In this document: positions 68,953 through 81,956 of the stretch, piece by piece | Numbering within the stretch: the first letter of the stretch is position 1 | How the letters are laid out: every line of letters starts with the position of its first letter | NCBI RefSeq assembly: GCF_000400465.1 | Contig: NW_008806280.1 | Coordinates: 20,001-144,000 of the forward strand | Source of the DNA: Wallemia ichthyophaga EXF-994 | Lineage: Eukaryota; Fungi; Basidiomycota | Length of the DNA: 124,000 nt | Direction: 5' to 3' | Notes under the pieces: generated by a model | The model's input: only the letters and a program-made list of their open reading frames with translations | Database searches by the model: none | What the model was told of the DNA's origin: nothing | Made by a program: the position numbers and the translations under genes

Positions 68953-70885
68953 TCATTTCCCAGCAGAGAACGGACTCTGCCAGGCGCTCTCAGCTTCATC
69001 GTTCACACTGCCATTAACTGACGTCGATCGCGATGCTGGCATTGAATTCCTCGCCTTACCTGCGATATACGCGCCAAAGCCACCAAGAGTGCTCTTAACC
69101 GACGCGTTCGGTGTAGTGGGGCTGCTCCCATTTGCACCAGCACTCGCACTCCTCCGATCATGCATATCCGACACTCCCTCACTCAGCCGCAGTCCTAAAC
69201 CGTTGCCGCTCATGTGTGGATGTCGAGGCTCAATGAGGTCGAATAGTGCGACATCTGTGCGCATATTCCAGTCAATGAACGCAGTGCTCGTCCGCATTAC
69301 ATTCACAAACCCTTCACCAAAAGCCTGTGAAGGGTTTTTCTCGTAACTCATACCAACCAGACTGTCTTTCTTATTGTTACCGGTGCCATACTTGACATAA
69401 TCGACATACTTGATACTGGCGAGAGCGGAGCAGATGTAGTCTTCAAATTTAGCTCTCAGCCAATCGTCACTGTCGACGAAAGACACGGGTCCACCACCCA
69501 TGTTTTGGCGATGATGCGTCGCTGTAACGCTCGCGACTACCTCGTCCATCCACTTGCGATCTTGCGATGTCGGAGCGACCAGTTTCTCCAGACCCGGCGA
69601 ATGCCACTCTAAGGTCCCATTGTCGATGTCGACAACAACATCTAACTTGAGATTCTTTTGCTGTGTGAACACGGCATTCGTAGTGCCGGCGAGGAAAGCA
69701 TTTGTGCGCGCATCCATCAGCATCTCTATCTGTTGCAGCGGCATGTAGGGCTGGAAGAAGGAGCCTTTGCCAAAGAGGTCAAGCGGCATACCGGCGTATT
69801 CGAGAAGACTGTCGCGGTCTGTAGTACGCATGCTGCCAGTTGTGGTATTTCCACTCACTCTGCGCCCTAGTGTCGTGGGTATATCAGGACTAGCAGCATG
69901 TGCGAGTGCATGTAGCAGATTAGGAATGAGTGAGATGAGCGAGTATTGGAAGTTGCACAGCCGCTCGACAGGATACTCAGGGTGCTTGGACAGAGGGCGG
70001 TAGCCAAAGAATAAGATACGCTTTTGCAAGAGAAGAAGTTTCAGTAGGGTGAGTGTTTTGTGTTTGAACTTTAGCACAAGCTCGTGTAGGTTGGTGCCTG
70101 TGTTAAGAACAGCCTGGTTAGTGTAATCGAGCAAGCTGTGTTCAAGCGACTGGTGAAATTGGACAAGCAGCTGTCGTTCGCTGAAGTTGCGCTGGTGAAA
70201 AAAGGCACGCGTGATGACGCCGAGCTTGTCCCTGTTGAGCGTGAGCGTGTAAGAAGCGAGCAGTCACCAGCAATGCAACCCACCTTATTGGTCCAAAAAC
70301 TGGCTTAGTAGTGAGTACCACGATTGCCTTCTGGACAATTGACCTGGTAACATGGCTATCTCTTTCGATCAACTCACTCGCCTTGAGCTGCCGATTGCAA
70401 CTAATACCGAAGACGGTGGATTTGCCGAGCTTGCCGTCCTCCGGCGGCTTCAAGTGAAAGTAGGAAAAGTCCTCTTGCGTCATATGTGCGCCGTCAGGGA
70501 GAGCGAGGAAAGGGAGAAGACGGGCAAATTCGGAGTCAGTGACGGTATTTGGTGGGTGGCAGAACTCAATAATTGGGCCGAGATTGTGATGGAAGTCTAT
70601 GAGTAGAGTTGCGAGGAGTGGATCGTTCTCGCTACGCTGCGATTGTGCGGCAGAAATATCATCGCTAGTTGAGCGTGTAGAATGAGATGAAGGACCTGGC
70701 AGTGGCGACGGCAGTGATGGCAGCGTTGCGTGCTTCGTATGCGGTGTATGCTGGGAATGCTCGTACTCGAATGGATTTACATCTTGGTGAAACGGCGTCG
70801 GAGTGAGCTTGGATTGAAGTTCCGATAGAGACGCCCGCGGATCTGATGCCCAGGGATCTTGGTCGAATGAGTTTAGGTGGGACAT
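68953..70885 (-). CDS. AVL9: Avl9 DENN-like secretory pathway protein
   Basis: DFHHNLGPIIE, LPFLALPDGAH, FGISCNRQ, FFQPYMPLQQ, WLRAKFEDY. Confidence 0.92.
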
Positions 70886-70975
70886 GGCCGTGTGTGCGCA
70901 AGGAGGTACGTGTGCCTCGAGATTTCCTCCAATTACTGCTGGAATGACACGAAATGTATATTTGTCGCATGAAAT

Positions 70976-71869
70976 CTAATTTAAAATGATACAGAATCTA
71001 AGAAAGCCGTCGGGAGATGCCATCGTTGACGCCAGCCACGAAATGTCAGCTTCGAGAGGGATAGCTGTGCCGTGAAGAACGGGATAAGCTAGCTGTGGGT
71101 ATTTGGAGCTGTCTGAGGGGAATAGTAAGGGCAACGATGTCGATAAAGCTTGCTGGAGTGTTAACTTTGGCGGAAGAATGTCTTGAATTACAATCTGATC
71201 TGGTAAGATGAATTTGAGCGGGATTGAGCGCGGTTTTGGCGTTTCATTATCATCCATCTCTTTTTCTTTGATTGACAAGGGCAATGGGAGCAATTTGTCC
71301 GCAATTTTGAAGTATTCGTCAATGTCATTCGACTGAATTGAGTGCCACAGCTGCTCAGTTTGATTAGTTTTTAACTGAGTTATGCGCTTAACAGTGCCCC
71401 AGTATATCAGCTGAGATTCCTTCAAACTACCCATGAAGCTCAGTTTGGTGGATTGCAGGTGAGCAGCAGCACTATCAGCAGAATTGGACAAGTGCAGGAT
71501 GAGTTTGAGAGGAGGGGCGTGATTTTTAAGTGGATTATAATTAAACGTGTAATAATCATACGATAGACCAATATTCCAATGCAATTTGAGCTTATCGGGG
71601 ATGTTATTAGCGGTCGTGTTGCTCTCGGGCAAATCAACGACTTCAAACCAAATATCGTCGTCGTTGATACTGTTAAGCTGGTTGGAGCTATGATTTGATT
71701 GCAGGAACGCATATTTCAATTGCTGGTATATGAAAAATGGGTAGGAATTTCTATACGCCGTGAAGTAAACGGTATCTAGCACGCTAAGGCCATCTTTTCT
71801 AACAGAGAGTTCCAAGGAGACGGTAGAATTCCAATTGAGACTCCTAAAGTAATTCAAGTCAGAGGACAT
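70976..71869 (-). CDS. ATG5: Autophagy protein Atg5
   Basis: WNSTVSL, RNSYP, IWFE, LHWNIGLSYD, FMGSLKES..I..GT, VLHGTAIPLEA. Confidence 0.85.
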   Translation of the reverse strand: MSSDLNYFRSLNWNSTVSLELSVRKDGLSVLDTVYFTAYRNSYPFFIYQQLKYAFLQSNHSSNQLNSINDDDIWFEVVDLPESNTTANNIPDKLKLHWNIGLSYDYYTFNYNPLKNHAPPLKLILHLSNSADSAAAHLQSTKLSFMGSLKESQLIYWGTVKRITQLKTNQTEQLWHSIQSNDIDEYFKIADKLLPLPLSIKEKEMDDNETPKPRSIPLKFILPDQIVIQDILPPKLTLQQALSTSLPLLFPSDSSKYPQLAYPVLHGTAIPLEADISWLASTMASPDGFLRFCIILN

Positions 71870-71939
71870 TTGAATCGTCTGCTCGGTATGAAGATTCAAA
71901 CTAAGTTGAACGGGTAAAAACAAGGCTAGAAGGACTACG

Positions 71940-72200
71940 ATGAAATTATTCAACAAGTTCAACAAGAAGAGGAGTAACAAGAAGACCAAGAAGGGAATAT
72001 CCAATACAGATATCATTCCGCACCTCTCGCCGTTTGATCCTTTCACATATAATCACGATCCATTTGCAAAACTAGACGACAGTAAGCAAGAACGGAGACA
72101 AGTGCAGTACAAGAACAATCACCTCAAGAATCCAATCTATAAGCTACCTTCTATCGACGATATCAGTTTACCAGATTTATCCGACAAAGGAGGCGCTTGA
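71940..72200 (+). CDS. Hypothetical small protein
   Basis: 86-aa ATG ORF between ATG5 and the Upa2-like gene; no family recognised. Confidence 0.3.
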   Translation: MKLFNKFNKKRSNKKTKKGISNTDIIPHLSPFDPFTYNHDPFAKLDDSKQERRQVQYKNNHLKNPIYKLPSIDDISLPDLSDKGGA

Positions 72201-72339
72201 ATGGAATTATACCTTAAGTGAAAAGCAAGACACTGGGTATAAAATACGCGAATATCCATGACTCAATATAAATTATATAATGAACCTGTAATATACCGAC
72301 AAGACAGTCTAACACTCTTTGTACCATACCACCACCAAT

Positions 72340-75300
72340 ATGCCACAGCCGAATCATCGTACAATACCTTCACAGTCTCTAAACACACCAAAGCCAGCAA
72401 AGAAGGCTAAGAAAGTTGCAGTAAAGCTTCCCAGCCGTGATGGAAGAAGGGTTCTCGACACAGACAATGCCACGGACACGGGCACTGCCACTTCCACGCC
72501 ACCAGTTATATCCACAATACCCACATCTACTTCACATTTACACCAGTCTCCTGACGATAATGTTATTGATATCTTCCTTCCAGGAAAAGACGCTTGGGAC
72601 GCTATCAAGCAGCGTGGAATAACCAATCAGCTATACAAGCTGGGAATACACACCCAGCCTACACTATCTGAGCAGAAATATGACTCAAACTTTGATACCC
72701 CACCTGAAAATGACTTATTATCCTTTAAAATGGATAGGTTCTTTAATGACTCGCTTGTCGATAGCAAGACACCCAATCCAGACAACTCCACTCTCTCTTT
72801 GTCCAATTTCAACACCACAAGCTTATCGCCGGCTTTGTCTTCTCCGTCGGGCTACTTGCAGCACTCCCCACTCTCAAACACAGGCCATTTAAGTATTCCA
72901 CATACTTCAGCTCCAGCTTCAAACGCCTCACCCAACCCATCCTCACTTGCTGATGTCGAAGAAGTCGAGGAAGTGGAAGAGGTAGAAAACGCGGCGGAAA
73001 ACTTGGCTTATAACACAGAGGCAGTTGATAACACAGTGTCGACTGATAATACTCAGCAACAAGATAACAAAGACCAATTAGAGGTGGAGAATCATCTCAA
73101 TAACACCTCTCCAAACACCTCAATCATCCCAGATGAGGCTCCTCAATTGCCCCCACCCTCTTTCCAAGAACTCAGCAGAGGGTTTGGCTATGAGCTTGAC
73201 TATGAAGACGAACAGGCTCAGCTAGCCCAGCTCGAGAAAGAGGAAAGAAATCACAAAAAGTCCATGTCAGGATTTTCTATCAAGTCCGATAGCCAGCAGT
73301 ATGATAATGATGAGGATGTCCAAGACGCAGTGGATGAAAAGGACGACGGGGCTACAGAGGATACCGCCACTGCTCAAGACACTGACGCTGAAGCAGTTGA
73401 AGACATTTTCAAAGCAGAAAGTTTAGACGGTGAGTGCGAGTGTCTCACTACACCAAACACTCCTAACACTTTTCGCAGATAACAACACCAACACTGATAT
73501 TGATGAACAAGCCTTCAATTACGAGCTGTATGAGCTGCAGAGAAAGGACACAGAGGCTGACGAACAAGTGCAGCTTCAGCGCGATCAAGAAGAAAACACC
73601 AAAATACCATCCGCATATCCCAAAAGCGCTCTCAAACCGACTGTTACAGAGTTTGTCCCCGCAGCTCCTGCAGCTCCTTTCAAAGACAGCACCAACGAGT
73701 ACAACTCAGCTTTCAAATTCGATCGGTACTCATTACCAGCGCAATACGACGCACCAAAACAACCTATACCCAATCACATGACCAAACGTCAAAGAGCATC
73801 ATCGCGCGCGACCTCGGGCGAGGGTGATAACTGGTCAGGCTTCGACGTCAACAGTGACGGAGGGGACCTCGACACCTTCTCTAACCCTTCCGATGAAGAG
73901 CGGCTGCTACAGCACCGCCTCAATAGCCGCATGATGTCGAATCATGCTTTACAATTCGGGGGTAAGGAGAATGAGCGTGAGCAGGAGCAGGAGCAGGAGC
74001 AGGAGCAAGATGATGAACACACACTCTCTGCGCCGCTCAACGCACTCAATAGAAAGACGTCGCTCTCTGCTAATGCACCGGTGTTTGAGCCCGGCAACTT
74101 CACTTTCAAGTCTGAGCTGAGTCTGAACCGGAGTGCGCCACCTGAAAGCTCACTGGGGTCGCTTCATAGGACGGAGTCGAAAGAGAGTGAGATGCCTTAT
74201 AAGCGGGGACGCCCTAACCCAAGTGATACCTCGGATGACTGGAAGATTCCATCCACGATCAAGCAGGAAGAGGTCGAGGGCGATGTGTACGATGTCAATG
74301 TCAGTGGTGTGAAGCACTCTGACAGAGAGTGCGAGAGCGTAAACGCTTCGCGCACGAACTTGAGTCTGCAGGATGTGTATCACAAATTGGAGCAGCTATC
74401 TATCAACCTCAAAGCACGCGATGTAGTGACGAGGGACGATCTAAAAGAAGCCATTGAACATGACAGAGGCTTAATAATGGAGGTCTTGTTCCGAAACAGC
74501 TCGTCTGGTGATGTTTTGGCCGCTCTTAAACCACAAATCGCATCACTGAAGCCTGATGAAGACGCAATTGCTACGAGGTTATCAGATTTTGTTAGACCTG
74601 ATATACTGTCGTTGATTAATATGGCGGCTTCAGGTGGGTTGATGTCTTGTCTTATTTCACTCAAGCTCACGCTCACGTCACAGACAAAGAGAAGACGGCA
74701 GATATTATCACAGAACACCTCACAAATTCAGACATATTCACGTCGATCAAGACTGCACTGAGTGACATGGTCAGCAGACACAGTGAGCTTTATGACTCAT
74801 TCCACTCAACACAGACAGAGATTTTCACAAATGCATCCTCGCTGCATGCCAAGCTCGGTGATTTGCCTGACGGGATAACGGCGGCGACGGGTGCGCTCCA
74901 AACTGCGACGGAGAAGCTGAACGCGTACTCATCTCTTCCCGGAGAGCTAAAGGGTATGAGTGAATACGTGAGCGATAATGCAGCGCTTCGCAACGACATC
75001 TCCAAAGCACAATCGCACCATGGCAAGCTGCGCACCGAGAAGGACCGACTGCTTGACAAGCTGCGGGTAGCGGAAGAGGAGCGTGACTCAGCCAAGATAG
75101 AGGCGGATCTATCGCGCCAGTCTAGCCGTAAGATTGAGTCCGATCTCGTCAAGATCGAGGCGACGAATGGCAGTCTGATAGAGAGTCTAAACGGAATGGC
75201 GAACAAGTGCGCGCAGTTTGAGCACCAGTTGGAGGATCTGTTCGACCAGAAGCAGACATGGTACGCAGCTGACCGCGACTACCAGGTGAGGGTGAAGGAG

Positions 75301-75939
75301 CTGGAGATGCAGTTGGAGATGCAGAGCAGGGAGCGTGAGAATAAGATGAGAGCGATTTCGGAGGAGCACGAGCGCATTCAGAATCATGCCGAGGAGCTCG
75401 CCCGTAGCTTACATTCCTCTCATCTCGAAAACACTCGTTTGCACAGCGAGTACGAGGATATGTCGCGAAGCTCCCTCGCTGTCAACCAGGACCTCGCCGC
75501 TAAATGTGGTTTACTTGAGAATCGTAATGCGGAGCTGGAGGATGTGGCTGATGGGGCCAGGGAGTCAGAAGAACAACATCTACAGGCGCATCATGCGGCT
75601 AGCCAACACGTACACGAGCTCGAAGAGAAGGGCGTGCAGGATAAGGCTTTGCTGCAGGAGGCTACTAGCACTATCGAGAGACTTTACGAGGAGATGTCCG
75701 CGACGACGCACGAGATGGCCCATCTTAGGAGGGAAAATGAGGGATTGAAGGGGGGTGCGGGTGTAGATGTGGATGGCAGACGCACGCCCACTAATAAGAA
75801 TTACAAGTCACAAGATGTTCACGCCCCCGTACCCGCTTATAACACACCCGTCTCACCGGCTTTCAGCTCGATATCAAAACTCAGCACTAGCACGGCAGCT
75901 ACCTACCAAGCTGACGATGGATGGTTCTATCCGACGTGA
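72340..75939 (+). CDS. PAM2-motif, coiled-coil protein, Upa2-like
   Basis: IDIFLPGKDAW N-terminal block; PAM2-like ALKPTVTEFVP and SLSANAPVFEP; long coiled coil; C-terminal DDGWFYPT. Confidence 0.7.
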
Positions 75940-76869
75940 TGAATTATGCTTATTTTAACGCATTTTAGTAATCCAAAGTCGTTGAGGCTGTAGATTGTAT
76001 ATGCGCACCATTGCCTGGAAACATAAAGACCATTTATCGTATATTTTATGTGCACATATGTGTCGATGATGTCATTGATGTTATCTGAGACAGGGTCAGC
76101 TCCGATAAATTCAGCCTTGATAAATTACGCCAAGCTATATAGAAACAAATATTTAGGAGCAAAGACGTTTTGTTAGCCTCATACGACGATTAGAACGTGA
76201 CTTATCCAGCCAAGTTGCGCGTATCAGATGAAGGTGTGTGTGAACTCGGAGGCTGTGTTCGATGGCGAAGACGAGCACGAAATCAGATAGTACTCCTAGA
76301 CGCCACAATCGTCACACACTGTCTCGCTGAAATACTCAGCATCGAGTGAATCTATCATGTCTTCCGGGTCCGCTATATCTGCTGCTAATGACAGCCATGA
76401 AAAATTATATATCCCGGTGATGTACACACACTCATACGGCACCGACGCAGTCATACGTGAGGCTATTCGTCTGTAGGCAGCCAACGTAGTAACAACTCAA
76501 AACAGAGACACTGCCGCTGCCATTCGCAGGTCGCAGCAAGATTGACCGGTCGAGCGCAATACCCAAGACAATGACGATGGGCGGAACTAGCCAGACGAGC
76601 ACAGAGGCTAGAGATAGCAAGAGGAGTGAGGATGCCACGGAGAGGGAGCTAGTGCCACGGCTGGCAGTGAACCAGACGAGCTCGAACAAGGCTAGTGCAG
76701 GATGTGCAGGAGTTTTGCAAGGTGAGTGTAGATAGATGTCTGTGTGAGTGGATACGACGCGGACTGAGCTGCTAAACGCAGGCGACACAGGACTGGATTT
76801 TGAATTTAATAGTTAAATGTAAATGCTATTGATACACTGGAGTTACTAATGTTGTTGGATATATAAGAC

Positions 76870-77157
76870 TCAAACGGCGTCGACTAGCTTTGGACCTTCT
76901 CTATTGGGATGCTGCTGATGCTGCTGATGCTGCTGTCGTTGAGGTGCTGGTTCAGCCCTTGCTTCGTGCCTCTGATTACGCTCATTATTTAGGCCAGAGA
77001 GGAGATTATTGATGAGCTTATAGCGCTGCTCAACCAGGTCATGCTCTACATCATTATCGTCCATTCTTCGAGTGCGTTTGCTTGTGCTGGTTGCTTGGCT
77101 GTCGCTGGGCTTGCACACATCACTACTCCCATCACTCCCAGACCTTTTTCGGTTCAT
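76870..77157 (-). CDS. Hypothetical small protein
   Basis: MNRKRS..YKLINNLLSGLNNER ORF; no family recognised. Confidence 0.4.
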   Translation of the reverse strand: MNRKRSGSDGSSDVCKPSDSQATSTSKRTRRMDDNDVEHDLVEQRYKLINNLLSGLNNERNQRHEARAEPAPQRQQHQQHQQHPNREGPKLVDAV

Positions 77158-77224
77158 AATATTTGACCTTTGATATTTTGGATGAAGATCACTCCTTTTA
77201 ACCAAATACACTGCTAAAATTGAA

Positions 77225-79864
77225 TGGAAATCAAAGAATTAATAGAAGGTATGCATGTTTTATATCTTCTGAATATAAGTAACGCTTTCATAGCCACAGA
77301 GGGCTTCAACTTGCTTTTCAATGATAAGATTGAGGAGTCGACACGCGAGCTATCCAAACACAATAATGCGTTTGGTAAAACTGGATTAGGAATTATTCTC
77401 TTCTTACAAGCTGCGTTGGGTATGGAGGATGGCATGATGGAAAGGGCACAGGATCAACTTCTCCAGGCCGAGAAAGCTGCCGACTCTGCCAAGAGAGAGT
77501 GCAGCAATGCAAAGCACAATAAGACTAGATTCGCTAGCGCTGCTCCTTATGTGTGACTGATCACTCGTACAAAACAGCAACCTAACAGCTCCTCACAGGA
77601 GCTACTTGTAGCTGCGAATGTAATTGGGCAATCTATGACTCAGATTTTAACGGAATCCTCTGTTGAAATGATCAAAGCCATTTACAAAGTTGGTTGATTA
77701 CTCATACACGCCCACCCGCACTAATTTTAGAACAGCTCAACAGATCCTATAAGCTGTACAACAACTCGTTCCTCACAGTCTTCCCTGGTGGCGCTGCGTC
77801 TCTGCCAGACACTCCAATAGCTTCTCCTTCGCTATCGAGACAACAATCCACCCAAACACTCAACAAACCAGCCCCACCAAAGCCACAGAAAAGCTTCCTC
77901 GCAAAGAAGTTTGGTAGCTTCTTAGGCGGGGCTGGTGGTGGCACAAATACCGCTCAAATCACCACTCCTCAACCGCCATCCGATGAAGTTGAGGAATTTG
78001 TCATGTCTGGTGCTTGTTTCGGATTCGGATTGTTCGGTTTGGTATTCTCGCTTATGCCGCCAAAGCTGTAGGTTATTTGTGTAATAGCTCCACTGTATAC
78101 TCACTCCATTAAGGAAGAAGCTAATTAACGTTTTTGGGTTCAAGAGCGATAGGAAGGAGGCCCTCAAGGCGTTAAGTCTGAGTGCTAGCTACAAAGATGT
78201 TCACTCATCCTTCGCTGCACTCACCCTCCTCTTCTACACCTCATCCACACTACTTCTTGCTGGTTGGAATGCTGATTCAGAAAATGACATGCGCATGTTC
78301 GAGAAAATTTTGAAAAGGTGCGTCTCATTTTGAACTACAGTCACTATTGAGACGATTTATCAGTTGTGAAGAAAGGTGAGCGTCGACGGGATACAAAGAT
78401 GTATATTCACATCCACAGATATCCAGACGGCACCCTATGGACGCTCAACAGAGCCAAACTGGAGCGTATAAATGGAAATGCTGACAAGGCCCTTGAAATT
78501 TTGGGTAGTACGCTCAACAAAGATGGCGGCTTCCCTCAGGCTGAGGTAATTATAGTTTTTGAATACGCTTGGCTCCTGCTCGCCGAGAATAGGTGGGTTG
78601 CTTTTGTGTTCTAGGATACGCTAACAAACCAACTAGATACCAAGATTCTGCACAATACTTCCTTCATCTGATGAAACTCAATTCGTGGTCACACGCCACA
78701 TACACTCTCTTGGCAGCTGGCTGTCATTTGTCCCATGCGCAGGAGGTAGACACAGAGGAGAACCACGCCAAAGCGCACGAGGAGTTTATGAAGGCAAGTC
78801 TGCGTGGTGTGGATAGAGAGGGTATATGAGCTGACATGATCTCTAGGTGCCCAGTCTCCTCAACGCGAAGAAACTCGGTGGACGTAATATGCCAATGGAG
78901 GATGTGAGAAGGGGTTTGAATTGTGACTGATCAACTAACCAAATCGCCCACACAGTTTGCACAGCGCAAAATAGCATTCTGGAAGCGTAAGCATGAGCGC
79001 CGTGTCGGTGCATGCGCGAAACAGGGCATTAGTGTCGATCCTGAGCGATGGGATTTGGCCATTAAGGTAATTTGGGATGTTGGTAGGAATACACACACAC
79101 ATACTCACACATACTCCAGATTAGTCCGGCAGATGTGAGTGGAGTTTGTATGGCTGGTCTTCACTTGCAGCTGACGCACGTGGTAGGAAATGGCATGTTT
79201 CTGGAACAGCTATGGGAAGATAACACGTCACGCTGCTATCAAGCACATGGAATCTTTGTGTCAACTCACACCTGCACCTCTGATCGAGACTCACCTAGTC
79301 GACATGACCAAGGCGGAGGGCAGCGCAGGTGCAGGTGCAGGCACAATGGAAGATCTGGACACACTCGACGAGAAGGCTGTAAGATGTCTTCTTCTCGGAA
79401 TTCTCCATCGCGCTATCGGAGAGCTGGCCTTGTCTCGCAGATACCTCGACGAGTGTGTGTCTTACAGAGGGCAGATCACTGACGATACTTGGGCGCCTGC
79501 ATTTGCGGCTTACGAGTTAGCGGTGTTGGAGCTGAACGAATGCGACAGACTGACAGCTAAGAGTAGGTCGGACAGCGGTACACCAGATTCCTCAGCTGCG
79601 TCCTTCTCCACGGCGAGGGAGGGCGAAGATGCAGAGGGTGAGAAGGCTGAGAAGGCTGAGACGGATGAAAAGACAGTCGAACCATCCACCGCAAAGACGT
79701 CCAAGGATATCTGGAAGAGGGGTATCGACGCTAGTGAGAAACACCTCGCTCTGGTTGCCTCAGGAGAGTTTGGGACTACGTACGATCTCGAAGGTCGTCA
79801 AGGCACAAGAATGTATTTACTAAAGGATGAGATACAGACCAAAAAGGCACAGATGGAGTTGTGA
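77225..79864 (+). CDS. IML2: Iml2/TTC39 family protein, multi-exon
   Basis: CFGFGLFGLVFSLMPP, YPDGTLW, FEYAW, WSHATY, CFWNS, FAAYELAV. Confidence 0.85.
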
Positions 79865-80270
79865 GGGTGGTAAAACTGCTTTTTTTTGTTGCTCTTGTAC
79901 ACAGTTACGTTTCTTTGCTACTCTCAGAAAATACTCCCGCTCTGTTTGTATTTGCTAAACCAAAGAGTGAAAATTGTGAGACACAAGACGAGGATGATGG
80001 AGTTGAGGGATTTGTAGAGCTGCTGGTACGCAGGATTGTGGATTGGGTAGGATTTGTATATTACATGCCATTGTCTGAGCGAGTAGCCGATGGAGAGCGC
80101 TGCGAAGATGTACACGGTGCCCATGTTGGGTGTTTGGATGCGAGTGGGGGTGTGGGTTTGTGGATTTATATACACAAAATGCAAATTTTAGCAGCGAGAA
80201 ATGCAATTCATTTAAATTATAGAGTACTCTAGCTAATCTATAGAGACAAAAAAAAAGTGAGTCAGACATA

Positions 80271-81872
80271 TCACAGCGCAACATCAGCCAAGCGCGCAAC
80301 CTCAATAACGCCACCGACGAGATGGAGTGAGCCGCAGACGAGGATGTGTGTGTGTGAGTGTGGATTATTGGTACTATTCACACTCAGGCTCTCACTCCTA
80401 TCGATATAATCCACAGCAGCCTCGATCGACGGTAGTACTTCAACGCAGCCTTTGAATTGGGGGAGGAGGGAGTTCCACGCCGCTTTGAGCTCATGTTGAA
80501 CCTCTAATTCCTGTATAGTGAGTACGTCTACATTCCTAGCCGTGAGATCGCTGGCAAACTCGCCCGACGTGTAGGTCAGATTGGTGCAGAAAATGACCGA
80601 GGTGAAGAGTGTTTCCATGTTCGCGCCCGCTGCGGTGAGGTAGGCAGCGACCACGCCGAGCAGCTCGGTCGGTGACCTGCCCTTAGTGCAGTTAAAGATG
80701 AGGTGAGTGCGAGTGTGTTGTTGTGGCTGCTCCACCTCCAGCTCCCGTTCCCGCCGCGCTCTCACAACCCCGCCGAACCACTGCATGCATGCAGTGAGGC
80801 TGTCAGCGGTATGGCTGCCATCAAGAAACCACGTCGTGCTTGGCCGTCTTGGATCTACCACCGTCTGGCACCTTCCTGGCCACCTAGCCTTTGTGAGACC
80901 GTCGACGAACACCTGCGGAAGACCATTTCTCCAATCGTGCCCCTCTAGCTCACCTTTCCAGCTAGCGAACTTGTTGCTCTTTCCCGCATTCACAAAAGCA
81001 CGCACGACATCGACGGCCAGTCGCGCATTAAGCGCCTGGTGCACACCGGGCAGGCCGAGGGGGAGTGAGAGGGTGTGATTAGCGGGAGCATCGCGTGTGT
81101 CGACTACGCCGAAAGGGGCATTGACGCGCTGAGCACACTCCGCCAGAACGGCCTCGCCATCTTCGGGCTGAGGGACGGTGAGTGCCGCGGCGCCTGCTTT
81201 GTATATCCCCCCTTTATTGAGGGCTATCGCGCGAATAGTCCCGCCTAGCAAAGCCGTGTGGTCGAGACCAAGACTGCTCACAGCTGCTACTGCCGGCGCG
81301 GGGACTATGTTGGTGCAGTCGAGCGACCCCCCAATACCGACTTCGAGGACGGTCGCGTCTACGTCTTCGGCGAGGAACGTGTGGAAAGCTACGAGCGTCA
81401 TGAAGCGGAAGTAAGCGGGTTTGGGGAGAGTGGACGTGGAGTGTGTGTTGTTGACGCTGTCCACGTCGCTCACCTCATCCTCGCCCACGCCATCCAAAGC
81501 CATCCACACGTCAAAAAAGTACTTGGCGAAACGCTCTTCGCTGAGTGGGTGGCCATTGATGCGTATACGCTCGCGGACGGCTACGAGGTGCGGGGAGGTG
81601 TACAGACCCACGCTGGCGTGTGGATTGAGGGACTGGAGGAGGGACGAGACAAAGGCGGCAGTGGAGCCCTTGCCCTTTGTGCCGGTGATGTGAAGGACGT
81701 TGAGTCTGTTGAGATCGCTTGGCGTGTATCCCATCCGGCGTAGATAGACCTCCATGTCGCGGAGCGTGTGTCCACGACGAGCCTCGCGTGCGCAAGTGGA
81801 AGCGGCGATAGTAGCAGCATTGCTCTGTAGGCTGTTGAGGCATTCGATGGCGTGTTGGTAAGTCTTCTTCAT
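80271..81872 (-). CDS. MET7: Folylpolyglutamate synthase
   Basis: LHITGTKGKGST, LYTSPHL..VRERIRING, LEVGIGG..D.TN, WPGRCQ, FLDGSHT, VCGSLHLVG. Confidence 0.95.
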   Translation of the reverse strand: MKKTYQHAIECLNSLQSNAATIAASTCAREARRGHTLRDMEVYLRRMGYTPSDLNRLNVLHITGTKGKGSTAAFVSSLLQSLNPHASVGLYTSPHLVAVRERIRINGHPLSEERFAKYFFDVWMALDGVGEDEVSDVDSVNNTHSTSTLPKPAYFRFMTLVAFHTFLAEDVDATVLEVGIGGSLDCTNIVPAPAVAAVSSLGLDHTALLGGTIRAIALNKGGIYKAGAAALTVPQPEDGEAVLAECAQRVNAPFGVVDTRDAPANHTLSLPLGLPGVHQALNARLAVDVVRAFVNAGKSNKFASWKGELEGHDWRNGLPQVFVDGLTKARWPGRCQTVVDPRRPSTTWFLDGSHTADSLTACMQWFGGVVRARRERELEVEQPQQHTRTHLIFNCTKGRSPTELLGVVAAYLTAAGANMETLFTSVIFCTNLTYTSGEFASDLTARNVDVLTIQELEVQHELKAAWNSLLPQFKGCVEVLPSIEAAVDYIDRSESLSVNSTNNPHSHTHILVCGSLHLVGGVIEVARLADVAL

Positions 81873-81956
81873 GGAGTGATATTGATGGTGCTGGACGAAC
81901 AAGTCAACAACTAACAACCATCAACCAATCAACTAAATAACCAATCAACCATCAGA

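Noticed and set aside
76200-76830. Possible small gene(s) on either strand
   Set aside because: Hydrophobic minus-strand ORF conflicts with a plus-strand intron-like signal; no consistent model or family
79924-80314. Small hydrophobic ORFs between IML2 and MET7
   Set aside because: Overlapping alternatives with no recognisable motif; may be UTR
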